Shown here piece after piece: positions 46,925-56,362 of a DNA stretch of 64,000 nt (the stretch's first letter is position 1; every line of letters begins with the position of its first letter). The stretch is taken from NCBI GenBank assembly GCA_046051705.1, contig JBJONT010000049.1:4470-68469 (forward strand). Direction: 5' to 3'. This DNA is from Planctomycetota bacterium (GTDB lineage: Bacteria > Planctomycetota > Planctomycetia > Pirellulales > Pirellulaceae). The notes under the pieces are model-generated. The model saw only the letters and a program-made list of their open reading frames with translations, did no database searches and had not been told where the DNA came from. A program made the translations under genes and the position numbers.

Positions 46925-48580
46925 TTGATAGGGTCGTGGAACTGCTCAGCCATGGAGTTGAACGAGGTTACCAAAGGATTGGGAATCGCGTCATGTAGGG
47001 CTTCGACGTTTTCGAAATTGCCATCACTCGTTCGGGCACGGAGGCCTTCACCAGTGGACTTCTCAGCAACACACTCGGTATCGCTTAAAGAACTTTTCCC
47101 TTCAGCGCAGTTCATCGGAGCCGATGATATTCGATGCTCGGCTTGTGATCAGTTTCCCGAGTCTCATTCGAGCGACTGGGTGTTTGCAACAGGACTATCC
47201 CCATGGTCGGCTCCTGAGCGGGATGTGCTCTTGGCTCAATCGCACGGTGCCTTGGGAATCCTTACCGAGCAGTATCTCCCAACCTCTCTCCCGCAGTGCA
47301 TCGTTGACAATGTCGGTGATGCTTTCGCTCAACTGGCGATGAAGTTAGCCGGAAATCCATGTGATAAAATTTTGACGATCGGTGTTGTCGGTACGCACGG
47401 GAAAACAACTGCGGGACTGATGATCGCTTCGATGCTCAAGCGTATCGGTAAGACGGTCGCTTACCACACGTCTCTCGGCGGTTCTACCGGGAATCAAACA
47501 GGACTAACTGCCGAAGCAAACGCAGATGCAATGGTCTTGGCCGCTTGGCTTAAACAAAGTGTCAGCGAGCAAGCACCTGCGGCTGTTTTGGAAATCACCG
47601 ACGAGATGCTCAAGTCGCATGCGACTTCCGGTATCGAGTTCGATGTCTTGGTCTTCACAAGCCTTCGGCGAACACAACGCGCTGATTGTATGCAAGCCCG
47701 TGGTATCGAGAACGCGATGAGCCGCCTTGTGGATCAACTCAAGGAGCATGGTGTCGTCATCATCAATGCGGATGATGCAAGGCTTAATCGATGGGCTGCA
47801 CGTTGTTACCCCGAAGCGATTTCTTATGGGATCGATGCCCAGGCAGACGTACAAGGCAAGCGAATGCGTGCGATGCGAGGAGAGCAATCGCTGATGGTCT
47901 CGGCCGGAAACTGCGTTGCACCAATGACCAGCACCATTCTAGGTGATCACAATGCTCGACATATGCTCAGTGCTGTATCTGTCGGTTATTCGCTGGGACT
48001 TGAACTCTACGAGACAGTCTGTGGCGTCGAGCGATTGCATCGTATCCCCGGACGACTTCAACGCTTACCAAGCGACCATGATACGGCTATCTACGTCGAT
48101 CATGCCGACCAAGCAGATCGGCTAGCCGTCGCGCTTCATGCCCTTTGCAAAGATGGCACGCCGGTGACCTGTGTGGCGGAAATTCCAGATGCTGCGACTC
48201 CCGAACAGCTTGCAGCTTTCGGACGTGTGCTTGAGAAATCCGCTTCATTCGTGATCCTTACACAATCGCGCCGCAGTGTTCGCTTCGGACAAACAGCCTT
48301 ATGGCAAGTTCTCGATGGTTGCGATCGCCCAAGCGCTATTCAAATCGTTCCGAACCGCCGCGCTGCAATCGACTTGGCTATCCGCTCGGCACAGCCCGGA
48401 GAAGCGATCTTGTTGGCTGGCTGGGGAGCTGATCGATGGACCACGGAAAAGGTTCCTCAACCTCAAAGCGACATCGAAGTTGCAACAGAACTAGTCCAAG
48501 AATTCTCTAGGGACAAAGCCCCTCCCATGGTCGAGCTACCCGTTCCAGCACTGAAGATTTTCCGTGGCATGGCCGGCTAG
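46925..48580 (+). CDS. Mur ligase family protein, divergent MurE-like
   Basis: P-loop GVVGTHGKTT, INADD, GDHNARH, IPGRLQ and NRRAAIDLAI. Several catalytic motifs are altered. Confidence 0.75.
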   Translation: MIGSWNCSAMELNEVTKGLGIASCRASTFSKLPSLVRARRPSPVDFSATHSVSLKELFPSAQFIGADDIRCSACDQFPESHSSDWVFATGLSPWSAPERDVLLAQSHGALGILTEQYLPTSLPQCIVDNVGDAFAQLAMKLAGNPCDKILTIGVVGTHGKTTAGLMIASMLKRIGKTVAYHTSLGGSTGNQTGLTAEANADAMVLAAWLKQSVSEQAPAAVLEITDEMLKSHATSGIEFDVLVFTSLRRTQRADCMQARGIENAMSRLVDQLKEHGVVIINADDARLNRWAARCYPEAISYGIDAQADVQGKRMRAMRGEQSLMVSAGNCVAPMTSTILGDHNARHMLSAVSVGYSLGLELYETVCGVERLHRIPGRLQRLPSDHDTAIYVDHADQADRLAVALHALCKDGTPVTCVAEIPDAATPEQLAAFGRVLEKSASFVILTQSRRSVRFGQTALWQVLDGCDRPSAIQIVPNRRAAIDLAIRSAQPGEAILLAGWGADRWTTEKVPQPQSDIEVATELVQEFSRDKAPPMVELPVPALKIFRGMAG

Positions 48581-48588
48581 TAGCATTC

Positions 48589-48632
48589 CCAGCCAACAAC
48601 CAGCTAAAGCGGCCAGCTAAAGTAACCAACTA
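48589..48632. repeat. Short ~13-bp tandem repeat (CCARCYA cores)
   Basis: Cores at 48589, 48600, 48613 and 48626. Confidence 0.5.
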
Positions 48633-48712
48633 ATAGAGGAGTGAACCCCTCCCCTCTCCTCCTCTGTTGATCAAGCTGATAGTGGCCATAAGGCTTGCTA
48701 GCCTGGCCTATT

Positions 48713-49182
<470 letters not shown>

Positions 49183-49256
49183 TCCCAGCACAAACAAGTC
49201 GTTGGAAACTCGATATAAATCGTTACTGATGGCTAAACTGTCGGAATAACCGCTTT

Positions 49257-49568
49257 TCAGGATGGATTGCGCCGTCGCGTTGGCGCTTCTTTACCCTCGG
49301 TACGAGCCGAAGGTGCAGTGTCTTCCCATTTCTTGACCATCGCTGTGCCATCCTCCCGAACGCTCTGTAATTGCGCGATGCGACGTCGGGCACCGTCGAG
49401 TTGTCCATGGCAAATCTGTATGGCTTCAACTGCCTTGGCGTATTCGGCAAGCATATCTTCCAAAGGGAGTGAGCCGCTTTCTAGCTTTCTTACAATCTGC
49501 TCAAGGAGCGTCATGGCTTGCTCGAAAGTCATGCTCGGGGTCTCTTCAGTGGATTTCGATTTGGCCAT
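49257..49568 (-). CDS. xseB: Exodeoxyribonuclease VII small subunit
   Basis: TFEQAMTLLEQIVRKLESGSLPLEDMLAEY. Confidence 0.92.
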   Translation of the reverse strand: MAKSKSTEETPSMTFEQAMTLLEQIVRKLESGSLPLEDMLAEYAKAVEAIQICHGQLDGARRRIAQLQSVREDGTAMVKKWEDTAPSARTEGKEAPTRRRNPS

Positions 49569-49627
49569 GAACCATTCGCTCCGGCGGATAATGTTAGGGG
49601 GTTGGAAATGAGAGCTGAAACGACAGA

Positions 49628-51217
49628 CTATGGAAGGGTATAAAAGACGGCGGGAGGTAAAGCGAACTTAGCCGGTAAAGGTAAATTGTTCGCTTTCGAA
49701 TCTGGGGTCCGATTCTGTTGCCAACTTCCCCCTAACGTTTGAATTTGATTCTCTGTGAAGACCAACGGGCTCTGTTGGGATTCTTTGCCAACTGGAATCT
49801 GGGACTTGTTCGATACATCCAATGCAACCACCAAGACGTTCGCATCGTCATTGCCAAACGTATATGCGGATTGAATTTCCAAGTGATTGGTTTTACCTTG
49901 TTGGTTCGATTGCTTGAGTTCATTTCCGTTCAACCAAGCTTTTCGAATTCGCGGATGATAAAGCGATACGGGTGCGTTGAAGGCCGACGGAGGAATTCTC
50001 AAGGAACATCGCAACCAAAGTTCATCGGTTGAGGCTAGCTTGTTGTTGGAGGCATTCTCCCCAAACCAATCACCGGCAATAGACTTCCATTCAACAATCG
50101 CCCAATTCTTATCTTCGGGTAATTTTGCGAAGATCTCATGGGGTAATAAGTCCATTTTGTCCCGTTTGTCTTCGGTGAAGACAACAGGTTTTCCATCGAG
50201 AATCTGATCGCTTGCGATCGTCGGACAGACTGTTTGCTCGATGTAGGAAATCATCAAGTCGTTTCCTGAGTAATGGTCGACGTAAGGCCAACGCTTGGGG
50301 TTGTACATGCAGTCGGTCAGATCGCGTACGAGCACTACATCCATGCCGTTGTTTTTCAATTGCCGCAATCCGAAGGGACGTCCGAGTACGCACATGTTGG
50401 TGTGAACACCGATCATGATGACGTGCTGAATTCGATGGTGTTTCAAAATGGCCCAGACTTCATCCCCACGGTCGCTGATGTAGTCTTTCGATGCATCGAT
50501 ACTTAACGCTGGATTCTGAGATTTCCAGGGTAGATTAGGATTTCGGCCGAGGGCTGTAAGCTTATCAGCCCATACTTTGTGCTCCTCTGGCTGGTCATCC
50601 TCACCACCATCGGATTGATCCAAAGGATAGTTACTCGATAGTTCCTTCTCCAAGCGACAATTCCAAGAAGCGATCTGGTCGGGAAGATTCTCTAAGGGAA
50701 TCGAAGCGACACGCTCTCTGGCGGGGTGGTTGGCGTAGTAGGGCATACAGTCGCTCGGCGAGTGGATGATCAGCGACCCGGCTTGCCGCGTTTTCTGCAA
50801 GATAGCTTCCATACGTGGAAGCATCTGATCGAGTCGCGTCACTGCGTTTTTGCAGTGATGGTAATCCCAAACGTCACATACGATCACTGCGGTCCGTTGA
50901 GGTTCCCAAGTTACTTCGCTGTAGGTTCTCTGAAGCGTTGAAGACTGTTGAGCTTGGGGGACCGTCGTTCGCTTTTTCAATGAGTACACATCTGCAAGTG
51001 CCGGGTTGTTAGCGGTTGCTGGCTCCGTGGTATTCATGTTGAACTCCTCTGCCGAAGTTCCGAGCAACGTCGAGGTTGCAAGGGTAAAAACGGCAACTGT
51101 CCCGATCGATTCTCTCGCGAGTCGACGCCATAGAGCAATGCTCCAAACGTTGGTGTTTCGAGTATTTGCAACTCGGGAATTGCAATGGTCAGCACGAAAT
51201 AACCGAGAGAATGACAT
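49628..51217 (-). CDS. Exported isochorismatase/cysteine hydrolase family protein
   Basis: VIVCDVWDYH, HSPSD and GVHTNMCVLGRPFG (nucleophile Cys), plus RDLTD and a beta-rich C-terminal extension. Confidence 0.72.
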   Translation of the reverse strand: MSFSRLFRADHCNSRVANTRNTNVWSIALWRRLARESIGTVAVFTLATSTLLGTSAEEFNMNTTEPATANNPALADVYSLKKRTTVPQAQQSSTLQRTYSEVTWEPQRTAVIVCDVWDYHHCKNAVTRLDQMLPRMEAILQKTRQAGSLIIHSPSDCMPYYANHPARERVASIPLENLPDQIASWNCRLEKELSSNYPLDQSDGGEDDQPEEHKVWADKLTALGRNPNLPWKSQNPALSIDASKDYISDRGDEVWAILKHHRIQHVIMIGVHTNMCVLGRPFGLRQLKNNGMDVVLVRDLTDCMYNPKRWPYVDHYSGNDLMISYIEQTVCPTIASDQILDGKPVVFTEDKRDKMDLLPHEIFAKLPEDKNWAIVEWKSIAGDWFGENASNNKLASTDELWLRCSLRIPPSAFNAPVSLYHPRIRKAWLNGNELKQSNQQGKTNHLEIQSAYTFGNDDANVLVVALDVSNKSQIPVGKESQQSPLVFTENQIQTLGGSWQQNRTPDSKANNLPLPAKFALPPAVFYTLP

Positions 51218-51385
51218 GAGTAGCTCGCCTGATCAAAAAGGGTACCGATGAAGAGAACGTGCGGAATGAGCATCCTTGCGGAGCGAAACCGATTATTCTC
51301 CTCCTGTTTATCGCGCAAAGCAATGGAGGGGACGGCCCTTGCCTTCCATTCGCTCTCGGAGTATCCTCACGCAAGTCTATCACAT

Positions 51386-51458
51386 GCGGGTGTAACTCAG
51401 TGGCTAGAGTGCTAGCTTCCCAAGCTGGAAGTCGTGGGTTCGAATCCCATCACCCGCT
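51386..51458 (+). tRNA. tRNA-Gly (CCC)
   Basis: Acceptor stem GCGGGTG/CACCCGC, anticodon arm CTAGC-TTCCCAA-GCTGG and T-loop GGTTCGAATCC. CCA is not encoded. Confidence 0.96.
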
Positions 51459-51532
51459 CTGAACGGCGTCTGCTCTTCTGGGCATCTATGCCAAAGCGGA
51501 TCTATGCTGGATATCTGCTGGGGCCTGGTGGT

Positions 51533-52243
51533 TTATTTCCAAGGCCAGTCGTCGCCGAGAGCATTCTTTTGCTCAGCATGCAATTGGGCGATGCCTTGCT
51601 TCGCAAGTGCGAGTAACGAGTCGAGTTCGCTCTCATCAAACGTCGCTTCCTCGCCCGTGCCTTGAATCTCGACGAACTTGTTCTTGCCCGTCATGACCAC
51701 GTTCATATCGACATCGGCCCTCACGTCGCGCAAGTAATCCAGGTCCAAGCTAGGTTTTCCGTCGACGATCCCGACGCTGATTGCTGCGACACTATCGCGA
51801 AGCGGATAGATATTCGCGGGAGCACCTCGGAAAACGGTGTTTACCGCATCGATCAGGGCGATCATGCCTCCGGTGATCGCGGCCGTTCGCGTACCGCCAT
51901 CGGCTTGGAGAACATCGCAGTCGATGGTCAGGGAGCGTTCACCGAGTTTTTCAAGGTCAGCGATCGCGCGAAATGAGCGACCGATCAATCGTTGAATTTC
52001 GGTGGTACGTCCGTCGACCTTACCGCTTCGTTCGCGAGATTTTCTTTGTGGGGTACTACCCGGTAGCATGTTGTATTCAGCGGTGATCCAACCCTTTCCG
52101 CGACCGCTCATCCAGTCAGGAACTTTTTCTTCTAAGCTCACTGTGCATAAAACCACCGTTTCCCCGCAACGATACAGAACGCTACCAGGAGTGTTCTTTG
52201 TAAATCCTCGGATGACCGTCACTGGTCGTATCGATTGACTCAT
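51533..52243 (-). CDS. rph: Ribonuclease PH
   Basis: GWITAEYNMLPGST, EIQRLIGRSFRA, DCDVLQADGGTRTAAITG and DMNVVMT...EIQGTGE. Confidence 0.97.
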   Translation of the reverse strand: MSQSIRPVTVIRGFTKNTPGSVLYRCGETVVLCTVSLEEKVPDWMSGRGKGWITAEYNMLPGSTPQRKSRERSGKVDGRTTEIQRLIGRSFRAIADLEKLGERSLTIDCDVLQADGGTRTAAITGGMIALIDAVNTVFRGAPANIYPLRDSVAAISVGIVDGKPSLDLDYLRDVRADVDMNVVMTGKNKFVEIQGTGEEATFDESELDSLLALAKQGIAQLHAEQKNALGDDWPWK

Positions 52244-53145
52244 TATTTACTTACCTTTCCTTGAATAACCATCTGCAAGTCTTTTTCATCAAGCGACCGA
52301 TCGAACAGCATGAGTTCGTCGAGGTCGCCGATATATTCGATCCCGATCATGATGGCGGTCTTGTCGAGTTCCCAACTGAACTTCATGGGATCGACGATGG
52401 TCCCTTGGAGTTTGCCATCGAGATACAAAGCTGCTTTCGAAGGGCGATCGTTTGTGGCATTGATGTTTTCAAAACTAAAGGCGACATGTTTCCAAGCTTC
52501 GCGCGAGAAGCTAGGGTTTTTGACTGTAACCATTGGTCGTTTCTCAACGGGCCATTTTTCCCAAGGAACGTTCTGAGGGTTCCAGTCGGTTAAGTTCGAG
52601 AATACTCCCAACCGAAAATCTCGAGGAATGTCTTTATCGAAGTCGACGAACAGAGCGGCGTCGTTCCAAGCTTTTTGCGTGATCTGGATCGGATCGCAAT
52701 ATCCAGGCTTAAGATCTTTGTCGGCATCGAGACGCATCCAAAAGCATACGGTGCCAGCCCATGGCCCTTTGCCGTAAGGTAGGACTTCTCCACGATAGCA
52801 GAGGACTTTGGGATTCTTGTCCGTAAATCGAATGCAATCCCCAAAGACTCCTGCCCCTTTGGCAATCGAGACATCATCGCGTTGAATGCCGACGGTCCAT
52901 TCTTTCCTCGCAAGCGATTCCGTCGTGTAGAGACGACCGTCAGAGCGACTTGTGCGAGCATCGCCGTTGGTATCGAAGGGAGCGTGAAAGAACAACGAAT
53001 CGCGAAGTGCCTTTACATTGCCTTCTGTCGTATCAGCGGACTGAGCGTAGCAGCTCTGGGTGAACAGCAGGGGGATCGACGCGATGATCGACGAGATGAT
53101 CGCAAAGGCGTGCCATGATCGAGAGCTGTTAATTTTTCGGTACAT
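52243..53145 (-). CDS. Exported LamG/concanavalin A-like jellyroll protein
   Basis: Likely start MYRKIN at 53145, signal peptide, GTVCFWM, WKHVAFS, LYLDGKL and IGDLDELMLFDRSL. Confidence 0.75.
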   Translation of the reverse strand: MYRKINSSRSWHAFAIISSIIASIPLLFTQSCYAQSADTTEGNVKALRDSLFFHAPFDTNGDARTSRSDGRLYTTESLARKEWTVGIQRDDVSIAKGAGVFGDCIRFTDKNPKVLCYRGEVLPYGKGPWAGTVCFWMRLDADKDLKPGYCDPIQITQKAWNDAALFVDFDKDIPRDFRLGVFSNLTDWNPQNVPWEKWPVEKRPMVTVKNPSFSREAWKHVAFSFENINATNDRPSKAALYLDGKLQGTIVDPMKFSWELDKTAIMIGIEYIGDLDELMLFDRSLDEKDLQMVIQGKVSK

Positions 53146-53318
53146 GCTTGAGGGAACCCTACAAAGGACAAAGGCTGGAGACTGTTTGCATTCGGGCATA
53201 GCGAACCGCTTGCTACTATACTCGAAGCCTTGCGATTTATCAGCTACACTTGTGCCGTGCGTGACCAACACGTGACTTAAAATCCTAAGCAAAATTGAAA
53301 ACTACGACGGCGAACACG

Positions 53319-53705
53319 ATGACGGACTTACCACCAAACAAAGACGAGTCGATTGTGCGGTATGGGGTTACCAAACGTTGGTCTGATCTCGTAGCCTACC
53401 GGGGGGTAGCGTACTTTGTCGAAGTACCCGATGACCCGACAGCTTCCGCACAGACGCAGTTTCATCAAGTTCTCTCTCAAGTCGACGAGAGGTTGAAATT
53501 AGTAGGTAGCGATCGCGCGAAGTTGCTTTCCGCAATGATTTATCTTCCGGATCCGAGTGACTTGCCGTTGTTCAATTCGATTTGGGATGATTGGGTCCCT
53601 CAAGGCCACGCACCGAGCCGGGCTTGTGTCCACACGCCGCTGGCTGCCACTGGTTACCGTGTAGAGTTAGTGCTGACGGCCGCTTGCGCTGATCCACTTC
53701 CATAA
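53319..53705 (+). CDS. RidA/YjgF family protein (YoaB-like)
   Basis: QVLSQVDERL, AMIYL, FNSIWDDWV, PSRACV and RVELVLTAA. Confidence 0.85.
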   Translation: MTDLPPNKDESIVRYGVTKRWSDLVAYRGVAYFVEVPDDPTASAQTQFHQVLSQVDERLKLVGSDRAKLLSAMIYLPDPSDLPLFNSIWDDWVPQGHAPSRACVHTPLAATGYRVELVLTAACADPLP

Positions 53706-53730
53706 CGCAAATTCGCGAAATCGCCGTCGG

Positions 53731-53825
53731 TTCAAAGTTGCCTTGGTCAGCTCAAAGCTGCGCTTGCAATTTCAAGGCTGCGTGGGCCTGCTCAAAGTTT
53801 AATTGGCCTGTTCAAAGTTTAATTG
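53731..53825. repeat. Exact 20-bp-period array of YTCAARG cores (5 copies)
   Basis: TCAA(A/G)G at 53732, 53752, 53772, 53792 and 53812. The last two units are near-identical. Confidence 0.75.
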
Positions 53826-54426
53826 TGCTGGGCGGCGCTTGATGGCTGCTGTCAGATTCTTGGGAGAAGCTAAGCCTTGCTGCATCGAGGAGCCGGAGGG
53901 CTTCGATTTCTCGGTCTCCGGCTGTTTTTAGAATGATCGTTCGATGCTTTTCAAACTCTTCATCAAGTATGTTTTGGGCGATCAAGTGTTTGCGGCTCCA
54001 AAGAACGGAAAGTTCGAGCAAACTATGAGCAGCTCTATTCCAGCCCCAGAACTCTCGGCCCGCGAAGTCTTGTTCGACGGTGCACTGAGCGATGGCTCTT
54101 GGATCGCTAACATCCCAATGGTTGACATGTAGTGCAACCGCACGGCACGCATTCTCCAGAACCCATCCGTAAGGACAGTAATATTGTGCTGGTGGTGGTT
54201 GGTTCGGTGCGTTGCATAACCCGAGCACAGCTTGGACTACTAGTAGACCATCATCGACGATATGGAAGATGCCTCGGTTCGTCCGATGGAGGTTCGCAAA
54301 GGTCTTTGAGGTTTGGAACGGCTTGAGAACCCAAGTCGATTGAGCTTGATCGACATGTGGACCGATAGGAGCAATATGCATGCGCCCATCGTCGGTTTCG
54401 GTCGTTAGAATTCCCTCGATGATCAT
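53812..54426 (-). CDS. DUF447 family protein
   Basis: MIIEGILTT, HIAPIGP, KPFQTSKTFANL, WGWNRAAHSLLELSVLWSR and IILKTAG. Confidence 0.78.
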   Translation of the reverse strand: MIIEGILTTETDDGRMHIAPIGPHVDQAQSTWVLKPFQTSKTFANLHRTNRGIFHIVDDGLLVVQAVLGLCNAPNQPPPAQYYCPYGWVLENACRAVALHVNHWDVSDPRAIAQCTVEQDFAGREFWGWNRAAHSLLELSVLWSRKHLIAQNILDEEFEKHRTIILKTAGDREIEALRLLDAARLSFSQESDSSHQAPPSTIKL

Positions 54427-54453
54427 CTTTGGTGGCCCGCAGGGAGAGAGAAA

Positions 54454-55200
54454 TCAGTCGCCACGAAGCAGTCGTTCACCGAGAAAGCTATCGAGTTCGG
54501 GAATAGCAAGAATTTTGTCGCGAGTCTTGGCAACGTCGTATTCGATGCGACGAAATGTTAGGTGTGGATGATCGTAAATGACATAGCACGATCGCCAATC
54601 CTCATCGCGTGGTTGCCCTACACTTCCGACATTGATCATGGCTTTTGCGTCGGTCAGTTCGTATTGGAAATTAACATCTGGAGGTGCGAGGAATTGATGA
54701 TCTGCGGTGAAGATGCCAGGCGTGTGCGTGTGACCTTGGAATGAATAACGCTGGATCAACGAGAAGAGTCGTTCCATTTTGCGAGGGCTGTAAGCATCGT
54801 CCGGGAACACATATTCGTTGATGGGGTTCGAAACGGATCCGTGAACGTAGATGACACCGTCTTCGGTGTAGACCCTGGGGAGTTTCGCGAGGAAACTCAA
54901 TCGATCTTTTGCATCTCCTGGCTTAATGCTCTGTTCGACTTGCTGTCGTGTCCAGAAGATGGCTTGTTCAGCCACAGCGCTGAAACCTTCGGGATCTATC
55001 AACGCGCCATAATCATGGTTGCCGATGACACACATTTGCATGGTCATCACAACGTCAAGGCATTCGCGTGGGTTTGGGCCGTACCCGATGATATCACCGA
55101 GACAAAAGATGCGTTCGCAACCTTGAGACTTAATGTCGGCCAAAACTGCGGTGAGGGCTTCAAGGTTCCCGTGGATATCGCTAACGATTGCCGTTCGCAA
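54454..55200 (-). CDS. Metallophosphoesterase (calcineurin-like), paralog 2
   Basis: SDIHGN, CLGDIIGYG, GNHD, HGS, FQGHTH and NVGSVGQPRD. Confidence 0.9.
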   Translation of the reverse strand: MRTAIVSDIHGNLEALTAVLADIKSQGCERIFCLGDIIGYGPNPRECLDVVMTMQMCVIGNHDYGALIDPEGFSAVAEQAIFWTRQQVEQSIKPGDAKDRLSFLAKLPRVYTEDGVIYVHGSVSNPINEYVFPDDAYSPRKMERLFSLIQRYSFQGHTHTPGIFTADHQFLAPPDVNFQYELTDAKAMINVGSVGQPRDEDWRSCYVIYDHPHLTFRRIEYDVAKTRDKILAIPELDSFLGERLLRGD

Positions 55201-55248
55201 AGTAGTTATTCCCCTCTACCGCCACTGGCTAGGTATCTGTTGGAGGTG

Positions 55249-56019
55249 TCACCGACCGGATCGTAGTCGATCACCTAGTTGGTTATCTATTTCCGCGATT
55301 GCGTATATCTTGGCAACCGTAGTTTCGATGTCATATTCCACACGTCGAAAGAAAATTTTCTTCGCGTCGTAGTCGACGATAGTGTAGCAAGCCCTTGGGT
55401 CTTCGTCCCGGGGCTGTCCGACACTTCCCACGTTGATCATCAGTTTTTCGCGGCCCAAGGAAAAAGTGTAATCGCAGTCTTCGGGGGTGATGAATTCACA
55501 ATCTGGCGTGAATACCGCTGGGATATGGGTGTGGCCTTGGAAGCAGTACTGGGGGACCTTTGCGAACAATCGGTCCATTTTGTGGCGGTCGTAAACCGTT
55601 TCGTGAAACACGTATTCGTTCGTTGGGTCGCAAGGGGAACCGTGAACGAATAAAAATTTATCGGCTTGATAGGACTTCGGGAGCTCGTTGATGTAGTCCC
55701 ATCGATTGTTCACCGCGCGGGATGGGCCGCGATTGAGTTCCTTGCGAGTCCACTGTATCGCTTGGAAGGCAATCGGATTAAATCCACTTGGATCGACCAC
55801 CGCAGCTTGGTCGTGATTTCCAAGGATCGTCAGCTTGGATTTTTTCATCACGAGTTCGAGGCACTCGATCGGATTCGGACCGTAGCCGACCACGTCACCC
55901 AAACACATGATCTCATCGACCTGTTGTTTGGCAACGTCAGCCAATACGGCTTGTAGTGCTTCTAGATTTCCATGGATGTCGCTCAACAATGCTTGTCTCA
56001 TCGCACGCGACTCCTGCAT
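55249..56019 (-). CDS. Metallophosphoesterase (calcineurin-like), paralog 1
   Basis: SDIHGN, CLGDVVGYG, GNHD, HGSP, FQGHTH and NVGSVGQPRD. Confidence 0.9.
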   Translation of the reverse strand: MQESRAMRQALLSDIHGNLEALQAVLADVAKQQVDEIMCLGDVVGYGPNPIECLELVMKKSKLTILGNHDQAAVVDPSGFNPIAFQAIQWTRKELNRGPSRAVNNRWDYINELPKSYQADKFLFVHGSPCDPTNEYVFHETVYDRHKMDRLFAKVPQYCFQGHTHIPAVFTPDCEFITPEDCDYTFSLGREKLMINVGSVGQPRDEDPRACYTIVDYDAKKIFFRRVEYDIETTVAKIYAIAEIDNQLGDRLRSGR

Positions 56020-56193
56020 TGTCCAGTTCCGCCATTCAATGGATTACCGACGCAGGGCGTGCGTAGAGAGGAGTTGCCTACCTTGGATTTGAAAGGCAGA
56101 GGTGGAATGAAGCGAGAGAACATCAGATCCAAGGGCCTAGGTACTATCGGGGTGATCAAGGGACTTTCAGCAATTCGAGGGCAAGCCATAAAC

Positions 56194-56342
56194 GGCAATT
56201 TGCCCTCAAACCGCAACCCTAGTGTACTACGGGAACCCTGTTTTGGGCAGGGCCATCTGTGAAGCGGGAGTACAACCCCGGAGGACTCGCGATGGGAATA
56301 TCGCGAGGGTTTTTACCCCCCTAGAAGCAGTTTGAGGATGCC
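56194..56342 (-). ncRNA. Candidate structured non-coding RNA (6S-like size)
   Basis: The long closing stem pairs better on the minus strand, where G.U wobbles replace C.A mismatches. It encloses three hairpins. The family is not identified. Confidence 0.42.
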
Positions 56343-56362
56343 GCACTGCTTGTTTGGATCGC

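Noticed and set aside
51386-51532. tRNA-Gly as an island or prophage attachment site
   Set aside because: There is no integrase, I saw no duplicated tRNA 3' end in the window, and it is flanked by housekeeping-type genes.
56194-56342. Assignment of the structured region to a known riboswitch, RNase P, tmRNA or SRP
   Set aside because: I found none of the signature motifs I know for TPP, cobalamin, SAM, FMN, glycine, c-di-GMP, c-di-AMP, RNase P or SRP. It is left as an unclassified candidate.
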